The position numbers and the translations under genes are program-made. Below are positions 13,176 to 25,800 of a stretch of 64,000 nt of DNA, one piece after another. Within the stretch, counting starts at the first letter, position 1, and each line of letters starts with the position of its first letter. The stretch is taken from NCBI GenBank assembly GCA_965153455.1, contig OZ234493.1, positions 25,038,213-25,102,212 on the forward strand. The letters are read 5' to 3'. This DNA is from Sphagnum compactum (lineage: Eukaryota). The notes below the pieces were generated by a model. The model did not search any database, was not told the origin of the DNA, and saw only the letters and a list, made by a program, of their open reading frames with translations.

Positions 13176-16100
13176 ATGGCGGTGGTGGCGCCAAAGTCTG
13201 ACAACAAACCTCAACTTCCTGCCAGGCGGCATTCGCTTGACATCGTCCCTGGTAGAAGAACCTCGCGTTCCAGCTTCACAAGGATGAGAACCAACGACTG
13301 GTGAGTGAAGAAGACGCAAAACACACACAAATACACACACACACAACCAATGGGACATTCTCTTTTTCATCATCTTCTCTCCACTTGTTCTGATCTTACC
13401 TGCTGCAATGGTGATAAATGGGTGTTGCTGCTTCTGCAATATAGATTATCTATCTTTCTTTCTTTCACTCGGCTTTTTTTCTGAGATTTTGAATTTGATT
13501 TTTTTTTTTTTTTCTTGCGCTACTAGATTCCTTGTAGAATTTTGTTTGCTGTGTGTGTGCCGGGGAAAGATAAGATTGCACCACTCTAGTGTCTGATTTT
13601 TTGTTTTGTTGTTGCCATGTTTTTTTCTTGGAAATAGATGAGTGAGTGAGTGTTCGCATTTTGTTGTTCTGGGAAGGAAACTTTCGTCGTTGTTAGCTAG
13701 CTCAGCTCAGCTCAACTCAGCATGGAGAGGTCCGACAGGAGTTTTCAGTTTGAGATTAGCGTTTTCTAGACTCTTTTGGATCACCCAACTCATGGATTTG
13801 TCTCACCAGCTTGGTGCCAACACATGGAGAAACATCCAAGTCTTGGATTTGTTGATGGAAACTGAGGGGAAAAAAAATCTCTGAGAGCTAAGAGAATTTG
13901 ATAAGACAACAAAGGTACAGAAAACCATAATGCTCAAGTCTCTTGAAGAAATTATTATTGTTGAGATTCGAAGACTCTACTCTAGAGGCCAATAAAAAGA
14001 GAAATCCTGCCAGTAGTGTGATCAAGCTTCTTTGGTGTACAATTGAGAATATTGAACATAAAAGACATGTTCAGAGATAGAGCCAGGGCACCCACTACTG
14101 CATGCGTGCACAGTTTTCTACATCAGTAGTAGTGGGCCTCAAGTGAATTCTGTCTCTGTATGAGCTTCACTGCATGTCTTAGTGCTCTTGCAAATGTGAA
14201 TTTTGGAAGGCAACCTTCAGAACATATTTTTGCAAATTTTACAGTGTTCCCCATTGACCTTCCTTCACATGTTCTATTGAACAATCTGAATGAGGCCATT
14301 CATTCATTCACTGTGGTGCACGGTCCATTCTAGAGCTGTCAATTTGGCTCATGTTGAAGGCAAATAAAGTCTTGGAAGTATTTTCTACTCTGTAAAAAAT
14401 TTCAGCCTTCTGAAAAGTGAGAGGAAAATTGAGGGAGATGATGATATGATGATGATAATGATGATGACATAGATGTTCCTTGATGGCCACGGTTTTAGAG
14501 AAAACAGAAGTAGAGTTCAATGATCTCTCTGCTTCTTTGAAGATCTTGTAATGCACAAAGTGCAGGCAGAATCTCAAGCCAGCACTTCAATTTGCAAAGT
14601 TTTAAGTTTGGAATTTGTTTGTGCTGCTTTATCTGGTACTGGTGTTCCTGGTGGGCACTGATAATGGATCCCCCCTGGATTATATGCATCATGCAGGGTA
14701 CTGACTACTGATGTCCCCAGTGATCTTGTGGTCGAAGCAGGCGGGCTTAACTTTTCCCTGCACAAGGTACCTACAGTCCACATTCCCATACTTTCTCCAA
14801 TGCAACAGCTTGAGATTCATTGATTTTGATGAGAGTTTATTTCTCCAACTCAACCTTCCCTAATAATTGCTGTAGGTTCTCTTTCAATGCACATGAATGA
14901 CTGACTAGTTGCAATGTGGACACAAAATGCCCTTGCACCAGCATTCATTCTTTATTTGTGTATTGTTGTCAAATCATGACACAAGATACTATGACCAGAT
15001 AGTTAGTTTGCATCTGGAACTCAGCCTGATCCAAACACACTCACTGGAACCTTAGTGGAGTAGGAGCGGGTTTCTTTTTGTGCAATGTGTTTGGATTCCT
15101 CTGCACATGCTCTATAAGCATTGTAGCCTTTGTACATCACCAAGCAAAGTCATCAATGGGAAAGTCCAAGAGCTCTATAGAGAAATCCTTGAGCTGACAA
15201 CACCCAAGATAGATAAAAACAGTTTATGTCGGATTTGACTGCAGGTTTGCACATGGAAGACTAACATTCCTTTTTTTTGTGTTTCTCTCTCTCTCACTCT
15301 CTTCTGGATGTGAGCTAGTTTCCGTTAGTAGCACGAAGTGGGCGCATCAGGAAGCTGATAGCAAATTCTGAAGACACAGAGGTGAACCAGCTGCAACTCC
15401 CAGATGTTCCAGGTGGAGCTGAAGCATTTGACTTGGCTGCCAAGTTTTGCTATGGCATCAACTTTGAAATTACTCCCTCCAATGTAGCAGTATTGAGATG
15501 TGCTGCAGAGTACCTAGAAATGACCGAGTCATTTGGAGAGAATAATTTGGTATCAAGAACAGAAGCTTTTCTCTCTGAAGTCATATTGAAAAATCTAGCC
15601 GACTCTATTGCTGTGCTCCATAACTGCGAGAGTCTTCTCCCTCTTGCCGAAGACCTTCTGATAGTAAGCAGATGCATTGAGGCAGCAGCAGCCAAAGCAT
15701 GCAGGTAAAATTTTGCAAACTCTGAATCATCTTGCAACAATAGAAGGAGTTCTTGAGGACTTGATAACTTCGAAAACTTGTGCTTCAAGATCATCATATA
15801 ATCCTCACCAGCTGAATCATTTTGTAAGAGTTGCTGGATTTTTTTCTATCAATTTGACTTGTGCATCTCCATGCTGTTTCTTGGCCAGACAATTGAGAAA
15901 TTGAACTTCTGCAGGGAACAGATAACTAACAGCATGAATCACTCAGATTTTGGTGGCTCTGGCCAGTCTGAAAAATTCAAACTCTCCTTCAGCTCTAACA
16001 CTCCATACAAGGCTTCCCTGGCGGATTGGTGGGTGGAAGATCTTGCAGTTCTCCGCATCGATTTCTATCAGCGGGTATTATCAGTATTGAGATCGAAAGG

Positions 16101-17984
16101 CTTACCAGTTGAGACCATTGGAGCTGCTCTGATGCATTATGCCCACCGTTCACTGAAGGGCCTGAACCGGAAGCAAAATGGACGTGGTGATCCAAGGCTA
16201 CCAAGAATCAAAGTAATTCCTGCCACCCATCAGAAACATCCTTCACACATCCTGATTCTTGACCACCTTTGAGTAGTGGACCCACAGTGTTTGGAGTGAT
16301 AAAAATCACATTTAGTTTTAGGTCCTCAGAGACCTTGTGGGTATTATACTGTGTTTTGTGCTCATGATTTTGTTTTGATGGTTCTTTTTTGCTTGTTCTG
16401 CAGGCCCATGAATCTGCAACAAGTAGTGAGCATGAACAGCGAATCCTATTGGAGACAATCGTCAGCCTTCTTCCTTCTGAAAAAACTGCAGTACCTTGCA
16501 GTTTCTTGTTCTCTTTGCTCAGGACAGCTATCATACTCGATACCACAGTAGCATGCCGTCTGGACCTGGAGACACGTATTGGTATGCAGTTGGAGCAGGC
16601 AACTTTGGATGACTTGCTAATCCCCTCTTTCTCCTACACTGGCGACACACTTTTCGATGTGGATATCGTGCAGCGTATTGCAGTCAACTTTCTTCAACAA
16701 GATGAGAGTGATGATCACCAGGTATTATACCAACTGATCAACCTCCAGTTGTTGTTCTGATCCTCTTGTATTTAATGCTGAAATCATGATGATTTTGAAT
16801 CTTGGATATGATAAACAGATCATACAGTACTGCAAGGTATGAATTTGGGTGTCTTGTTTCACAACACAATTTTTTTCTGCTGAACATAATATCAGAACTG
16901 TTGGGTTGGCAACAGCAGGTGCCACACCTCATGTATGATTCTGATGGTGTTGGGTCCCCCTCCCAGAGTGCCATGATGAAAGTGGCCAAACTTGTGGACA
17001 ATTACCTTGCTGAAATTGCACCGGATGCAAATCTGAAGCTGACAAAGTTCATCGCCCTGGCTGAGATTTTGCCAGAGTATGCAAGAGTAGTAGATGATGG
17101 ACTGTACAGAGCCATAGATATTTACCTTAAGGTAATGCCCACACTATGCTATGGCTGCCACATTTTACTTCAAAGTTCTTGCTCCAGTAGAAGAAGCACT
17201 CTCTAAACTTTGGTGGGAGCTTTGGGAATTGCCATCAGGAGTGTTTTTTTCAGGCAGACTTCTCCCTTACGGCGATGCTAAAATAAGGGAGAATTCTGCC
17301 TGTTCTAAATTAAAGCTTAATTCAGTATGGAGTCTTTTTGTTTTCCCTCTTGTTTCTTGTAAATTTTCTTTTGGCTGCAGTTTGTCTCAATAAAGTGGTG
17401 ACCTGCTGCCTGCTGTTCAGGCACATCCAGCATTAGCAGAGCTTGAGCGCAAGAAGCTGTGCAAATTAATGGACTGTCAAAAATTGTCACAAGAGGCCTG
17501 CTCACATGCTGCACAAAATGAAAGACTTCCAGTCCAATTGGTGGTTCAAATCCTTTATTTTGAGCAGCTGCGTATGCGAAATGCCATGGCAGCAGGGGCT
17601 TTTGCAGATCACGGAGATGGAGGAAACCAGTATGCTCAAGGGATAGGTAGCGGGAACGCAAGTGCAGCACACTCACCCAAAGACAGTTATGCTTCAGTTC
17701 GGAGAGAAAATCGAGAGCTCAAACTGGAGATATCTCGTATGCGTATGCGACTAACTGATTTGGAGAAAGACCATGCTAGCATGAAACAGGACATGTTAGA
17801 GAAGCAGCCCAGCAAACAAAACAACAACAACATCATATCATCTGTGTCTAGAAAGATTAGTCGACTAAACCCTTTTGCCCGCAAAGATTCCAAAGAGAAT
17901 ATCAGTACTGATAAACCACCGCCACCAACACCCAATTCCCGACCCAGAGTGTTTGGTAGGAGGCGACGCCATTCCATCTCATAG
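13176..17984 (+). CDS. BTB/POZ-NPH3 domain protein (NRL family), NCH1/SR1IP1-like, ~657 aa
   Basis: Exons 13176-13300, 14697-14766, 15319-15704, 15915-16212, 16404-16721, 16919(or 16916)-17131, 17421-17984; all GT-AG, total 1974 nt in frame. Motifs: [27 protein letters not shown] (BTB), [71 protein letters not shown] (NPH3), coiled coil [29 protein letters not shown], and C-terminal RRRRHSIS. Clade assignment is from recalled similarity. Confidence 0.93.
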
Positions 17985-19309
17985 TACCTCTGTGTAATTG
18001 AATCTAGGAAAGTTCTATTGAAAGATCAAAGATTCCTTTATTGTACTATGGATGGTCTCTGGATCATTAGTTAGTTTGTGGGCTAAAATTTGTGTTTTCG
18101 GTTTGGCGGGTTTTGTATAGCTGTACCATCATGTCACACACTAGATTTTTTTTCTTTTCAGGTCTCAGTTTCTGTATCTTCCAGTATAGTCTGCAGCATT
18201 TAGAGGTATTGGCATTGAGATTGTTACACTTACCCATTTACGTGTGGGAAAGTATGACATTCTCACTATTTTTATGCTTAGAGAGACGAAAAAAAATCTC
18301 AGTGAAGTCATAGTTTCAGCGAATAAGTGAGCAAAAGGCCTTGTGCATCTTGCCTGACACTCTGTTACCACCACCTTTGTGCTGCTCTTTGGGGAAGGGA
18401 AAGGTGCTTCCTCTGCTGTCAAAAGCCAACCTTATCACACAACCCAAGTGTTTCTGTGTTACAAAAGGGATTTTTGAGTTTGCTCTATTTTACTCTGGCA
18501 TATGTTCTATGCAGAAAGTTAGCAGCTTACATAATATTGGCACAAACATGTACAAAAAAAATTGCCCATAGACACGGGCAGTCTGGGTTTGACAAAGGCA
18601 TGTTTAGCATCTTAGCTTTGTCATCATAAGGCTTTTATTCTTCAGATTCATTTTCCCTCCATGTTTTTATTAGGTCGTTGGATCTTTTCATCAATTTGTG
18701 GTCAATGGTTTTAAAGCTCCTGCTAGAAATATAAGTTTCATGTCTGACTCTGCCATAATTTCTGCCCAAACATCTTCATTACTGTGTCTTCTTCATTAGA
18801 TCGCTACATGAACTTCCATTTACAAGGTAGGCCAAACCCTGGACCCCAAAGAGCTAAAATAGCAGTGTTTATGACAAGAGTGTGAGTGCCCTATTCAGGC
18901 ACTTAGCCAGGTCTAGCCAGGTTTTTTCCCAGGTGGTACAGACAGCCATCCACCAGTGGAACTGCAGCTCACCCTTTGAGGCTTCATTGCAGTTCCAAAA
19001 GATCAATAAACAAAATAAAACACTAAGGCAGCATGTTCAACAATTCCGCCAGTGCCAGTCTCACACCTGTTCACTGTCCAACAGTGGCATGTACGATAGT
19101 GTCTACTCTATCACAACTTTCCCACTGACATCATCAGCTCCCTACAGTACATTGCCCTGCGTACTGAGTTCCTGCTGCAAACTTAGTAGCACCGGGAAGA
19201 CTCAGCCATGCTACTGGCTAGTAACAAACAACACAAGGATATACCAAAAACAGAAAGACAAAACACACAGAAAAGGACAGTAGGGAAGAACAAAGACCAG
19301 CTTCATTAT

Positions 19310-19530
19310 AATATGCACACTCAGTTCATGTGTCCATATATCCCTTTCCAAACTTCTCTTACAGGTCAGAAGAGATGGGACATTGTTTATGCTGGCCACA
19401 GTTCATCTTTACCCAACAATATGCACACTAAGTTCATGTGTCCTTCCTTATATCACTTTCCAAACTCCTCTTACAGGTCAGAAGAGATGGGGACACTGGT
19501 CATGCTGGCCACAGTTAATCTTTACCCAAC
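19310..19530. repeat. Tandem duplication, 2 x ~108 bp
   Basis: AATATGCACACT(C/A)AGTTCATGTGTCC...CTCTTACAGGTCAGAAGAGATGGG...ATGCTGGCCACAGTT(C/A)ATCTTTACCCAAC starts at 19310 and again at 19418. Confidence 0.9.
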
Positions 19531-19846
19531 GATTGTACTCTATACTCTCTTTCTTTGGAACCACATCCTCAAAATTCTCAAAAGCATGGCAGAAACAAAT
19601 ATATCGTATTTCAATGAAACTTCCTTCTCATACAACCACCCTTAGAATCAAAAACCCACCTAATTTCATTTCTATTAGAATCAAAACCTTCTTCCAAAGG
19701 TATGACTACACATATTGCTGTAATTTTCAAATATGTGTTTGTCCTAAGCAACCCCCATGAGATTTAACTCACTACCTCTCACACTACCTAACTCCGCCTC
19801 CTTTCTTTGAAGTCAAAACTGCAATCTACTGGTGAATTGCCATGTC

Positions 19847-22800
19847 CTAACTCTTCCATGGATCATTCTCGGTGATAACCTCAGAAGCCTCAATAACTTC
19901 AGCATCACCTGTAGATGGTTCCTCGATTGCACTCTCACTCTTGCCAGCCAAGGCCAGCGACATCATTTCATAAACCTTAGCTCCAAATTCAGCTGGGCTT
20001 TCAGGCTGCACATAGCACATCACCAAAAGAACACATTAAAAAGTATCAATTTACTAATCCAAAACTTAGTTATTTCTGTGATTTTGTTGAAGAGAGACCC
20101 AAACAAAACTCCTGTTTAAAGATCTCAAATCTCAGAAAGAAAAAACGATTCCGTCCATGCACATAAGATAGATAATTGAGTCTGAATAAACAGGGTTGCC
20201 AAGGGTGGAGAGGTTCAAATTTCATGCAAGTGTCATCAGACACTAATCAAGCTCCTGCAATACTGGCCCAGATTGATGTTGATTCTAAACAAGGAAAAGA
20301 TAAATTGACAAAGCAAGTTTAAAATCCAGCTCACCGTATAACCACTGGAAAGTAGTGCAGTTTCATATAGAAGATCCAACATCTGCTTCGACTGAGCACT
20401 TTGTGGATTACTCTTGCTTGTGTGCTGCAAGGTAGACAAATTCAGAATTAAATAGACAAATCATTCCTCCCAAACCAGAAAACACATCATGAGAACTTCA
20501 TGTCCAAAGATTATTCATGAATACACCTACCTTTAGATCCTGGACTATTGGATGGTTGGGGTTGATCTCCAGTATCCGTTGTCCTCGCATGAAATCCATA
20601 TGTGAAGTATCCCCAAGTGTTTGGGCCTTCATTATCCTGTACATATTAGTATGCACAAGGTTACTAAAACTGCAAATGCATTATAGAAAACTTCCCTGAA
20701 TGCAACTTTTACCAGTTTCTCACAAAACATCCCATTTTCACAGCCAAACCTCCACAAAAAAAGAAACAATGCTAGCAATGCTCATTACCCTCTTGATCGG
20801 TTTCATTAATCAAAATTCCTGAGAGGGAGGCACAACTGTTCAAAGTTCAACTTAATCTCATGTACCTTTCCATGTTAGCTGACCACCCAAATTTTCCTGA
20901 AACAAGCACACAGGGTGAAGAGCTAATTCGCTTGGAAATTTGAACTTTTGCCACCTTGTCACCAAGATTTCTTTTCATCCAGTCACAAAGTTCCTTGTAT
21001 TCTTTCTCCATCTCCTTCTCCTTCTCCTCATCCTCAGCTCCACCTAGGATTTTACACCCATAAAGTAAATGTCAGGATGAATAGATGGCCATCTGTGTCT
21101 CCCATAACCAGAAAGCTAATCAGATGCAAACCAATGAGATTATTCTCCTGACATGAATACCATTAGCTGCAGTTTTAGCTTCAAAAACATTTCACAGCCT
21201 CCACTACTCACCATGTATACCTCCCTGTAAGAAAGATTTAGTCAGCAGCATCAATGTTATTATTAACCAGTGTACTAAGTACAATTTTGTGAATGGTTGG
21301 AAGCCACCAGATGAATTACACACAATTTTATAATGAATATAGGTCTTCCAGAATATCCAAGAATCTATGGAGAAAATTATTGCAGATAGCTGAGTTTAAC
21401 AATGAGAAAAACAGCAGAGATGCAGAAACTGAAAAAATCCTTGGTTCAAGATATAAAGATGACCATAGCTTACCAAGTTCCAAATCTTCCCTGCTGATGT
21501 CAACAAACTTCTTTTCCTTGTGCTCTTTCAAATTAGTTAGTGCTACTTCATCGACTGGTTCAACCAGAAATAGAACCTGCCAAAACCCATGGCTGCCTTG
21601 TCAATGTCTCAGAAAACTTCAGAAAAACACTATCCTCCCATGACATTTTATCAAATAGCAAACCACCAATCAAGTTCATGACAGCAAGAGATGAACACCA
21701 GTGCCATACTCCTAGAGCAGATGATTACTACTTCCAGGGAGGAACAGTAGCAAGCATGTATTGAATGGCAATTAGCTTACCTCCAAGTCCCTCTTCACCA
21801 ACTCTTCAAGAAATGGTGCACTCTTAGCACTTTTGATAGTGTCAGCAGCCAGATAGTAAATGGCTTTCTGATCTGGTTTCATGCCTTCCACATACTGGTC
21901 AAGAGAAATCAAATCCTCTTCATGCTTGTTTGAGTGAAATCTCAGCAAAGGTGCCAACCGCTTATGATTGCCGGAATCCTCAATACAACCTAGCTTCAAA
22001 TTCTTCCCAAAACTAGTCCAGAATGTCTTGTAGTCCTGTTGAACAGCACAGAAAAGGAAAAGCTCCGCCAAGTTCAAATCAATGAGAATAAATTGTTTCA
22101 CTGAGGAAGCATTTTATAACCAAACTAAATTTACTTATTTTTTAAGTCAACCTGGATAAAATTGAGAATCGCATGATAAGAAAGTTATATGGATTCCAGA
22201 TCAAATAATATACCAGCAAATATCTTTAAAAAGGAATCCAGACAAAGTAGTATGTGACAGCCAATGGACATAAAGGATAATCTGTCAAAAGAAAAGACAT
22301 CTACAAGCAATATTCATACTGCAGCAGTTACAACTTATATCTGCATATTCCTGGAGTAACTGACCAAAAACATTTAAACTCTTCAAAGCCTTATTGCTTT
22401 TCCTGGACTTAAAACCATACAGTTATAATACTACGATACTGTCTCTCTATCAAACACAAATTGCTTCCTAGATTCATGAGTAACAGCAGAAGGACCAGTA
22501 GATTTTCTCAGCACACCTCTTTGTTTTCACGATTGGCAATTTCATCAATCATGTCAAATGTCTTCCGCACAAGACGCCTCTTCATGATACGGACCTGCAC
22601 CCATAAAGAAACTATTTCACCTTACTGTGCAAAAAGGGTACAGTTTTGCCTACACTTGTAAGGGAAACTGATGAGTTGAAAACAAACAACAATTCAAATC
22701 TTCAAATTGAGCAAACTTGAGAAATAGCAATCAAAATCTGCAACTTACAATGCGGCTCTCCTGAAGAATTTCCCGGGAGACATTCAAAGGAAGGTCATTG

Positions 22801-25800
22801 GAGTCCACCACACCTTTAACGAAACCCAAATACCGTGGGAACTGCACAAACAAATATCACCAGTCAGCTCACTGCCCAATTGCACCATCAAAAAAATTAT
22901 CTCATATGAATTGCACAAGCAAAATAATCCAAAATTACGGGAGATTGTAAACTTACCAACTCTCCATCAAACTCATCAGAGATGAAAACCCGTTTGACAT
23001 ACAAGCGAATGTTTTTGGTCTTGGCACCCAACATTTCATCTGTGTTGAAGGGAGCCATGCCTGGAATGAATAGAAGGCTTCGGAACTCAATCTCTCCCTG
23101 TAAGCACAATTCAGGGTCCACTCTCAGTTTCCCAGGCCAAAGAGATTTTTTTTTCAATTATGCCAATCACATAAATAGAGAAAAATTCCTGGTTATAACA
23201 CATATTTGATATCGAAACAAATATATTCCACTGAGAAGTGTAACTATTTGTAAGAAAATGAACAGTATTCTGAACTCCTAATATTGCTGTTGAAAGTAAC
23301 TGCACTCCATACTTTCATGAAAAAGCTAAACAGCATCAGATAATGTCTAAATAGTTAAACTTAGTTAGATGCCTCATTCTAAGATATCCCAACATCTGAT
23401 TCCAGATCCAATACTAGGGATTTTTGGAGGTGTCAGAGGAGAAATATGGCTTCCTCCTTATTACAAGGTCAAAGACAAGATAAGTTTCCCATCAAAGAAA
23501 GAGAGTAATTTCTCCTGCACTCATCAACTTATCAATTTCTTACCTCAGTGGTGAAATGAGTGTAGGCCTGGGGGTCAATAAACTCCTTAAATGTGCTTTT
23601 GCAAAATGCATTATATTCTTCCTTGCTAACCTCCTTTGGGCTACGCATCTGCCAGCACAAATACCACATATACAAACTCAAGAAGCAAACAGAATTCCTG
23701 GTATGTAAAACTCTAATGGCAACTTTGACTTTGCTAAACAGCACATAATCCAGGCATTGTGAAGTATCTTATCTTCTGCAAAGGATAGTCAGCTTTGAAG
23801 TACAAACATACATACCCAGATAGGTTTGGTATCATTGGCAAGCTCCCAATCCCAGTACTTTTCTGTAATAGACTTCTTTTTCTTGTACTGCAAGATGACA
23901 ATCAGCAAGTTATCACTCTGCATATTTTCAAAGACCAAATTACAAAAACCATGCACATAGTTCATACCCCTACTTGGAACAGCACATCTTCTGATACATA
24001 TCCAGCAAACAGTAAAAACAAGTCAAAATCACAAAGCAGGAAACAAAAGCCAAAAGCACATACTTCTTTCTTTTCTTCATCAGCTCCCTCTTTCACCTCT
24101 TCTTCTTTCACTTCTTCTCCATCATCATCTACCTGTACAGTGCAATAAGCACATGAGATTCCAATATGAAAAATATGATCAGAATCACAATCTGTTCTTT
24201 GCACTTTAAGAAACTTTTGTTATAAACCAGGAGCCTGAGAAAATGACAATGCAATCTAGGGAGCTGAGAGAGAGCCTATACCTCCTTTGTTTGAGACTTC
24301 TCCTGCCATGTGTAGATGGGGAAAGATATAAACTGCGAGTAATTCTTAACCAGGTTCTGTATTCTGAGAGCATCTGCATATTCAAACTTATCATCTGCCT
24401 GCACACCCCAAGGCATTTACTTAAAACCTTGACACCATTCAAAGGCTTACTAGTAAAGACCTTATGATCATGACCTCTCTTCTTTATGTCCTGACATACT
24501 CAACTGATAGATTTGCCTTCAAACCAACAACCAGTATTGATAGATGCTTGCAGAGACAGGCTACAATGTAATTTGCTACAACTAGAGAAACTAAGTCACA
24601 AGTGACATGTATCTTCTTCAAGATGTACCTTGAGATGGAGAGTGATGACAGTCCCACGAGGGAGCAGCTTATCCGAATCTGTCTCCTCGCGGATACTGTA
24701 TACACTTGTGTCAGCTTCTCCTTCCCATACATATTGTTTATCTGATTTTGCACTCTTAGTAGAGACGGTCACCTGTATAAGCCCAACCCAAAAACTGTCA
24801 AGAAATTGACTGAACCTCCCCATTAGATCTAAAGCCCAAACAAAGTCAAGGAAACATAACAGGCCATAGCTATCGATGGACTTGGGCAAGAGGATTGGAA
24901 CTCAGTTGCAAAGGACTTGAAGTTGCAAATTAGGCATCAAAAGCACCAAGAGAATACCTTCTCAGCAACCAGGAAGGCAGAGTAAAAACCAACACCAAAC
25001 TGGCCAATCAAGTTGTTATCTGCAGCATTATTTTCCTTGCTTTCCTGCAATAGGTGGATCCACCCAACCCATTTCAGCAACAAGCTCTCTTTCAGACATC
25101 ATACATTAAATGAAACTACTTCCCTGATGTATATGTGAAAGATGATTATTAGCTTTAATATAGATTCCATGATTCCATCAACAGGACTTTTCACTATGGC
25201 AGAGTCTCTAAACTACATGAAAGCCATAAACTTAACAAAAGAGATTGGCTACTAGCTTATGGACTAATGTATCCTCCAAACTCACCTTCAGAGCCTTCAT
25301 GAACTTCGCAGTTCCACTTTGTGCAATGGTGCCCAGACTCTCAACGAGTTCCTCACGTGTCATACCAATACCAGTATCCCTGGAAACACCACAAACCACA
25401 ATAAAACCCAAATCAACTTGAATCCAGGTAAGTACCTACTTCATATCCACAAGGGAGAAGAACACTTCAATACATCTTCAAATTTGTGCCGTAGCATTTC
25501 ACATCATTAAATAATTCCTCAAACCACCCAAAGGTTCAACTTTCAGTAAAACAGACGAGGAGGTTGAGAGCTCACGTGATTGTAATTGTTCCTGCATCAG
25601 AATCAGTCTTGATGCGAATATCCAAGTTGGGGTTCACATCCATCAAACTTGGATCTGTAACACTTAAAAACCGCAGCTTATCCAGGGCATCACTTGCATT
25701 GCTGCAGGATCCCACCACAACCCACAGTTGATGAGTTGGAATTTAACAATAAAGGGAAAAAAACCTAACAACAGTAGCAGCCATAAAAATCAATCACAAG

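Noticed and set aside
18882..19760. Three overlapping 125-145-aa plus-strand ORFs
   Set aside because: They lie in the 3' UTR/intergenic gap, their length is inflated by the 108-bp duplication, and no domain was recognised.
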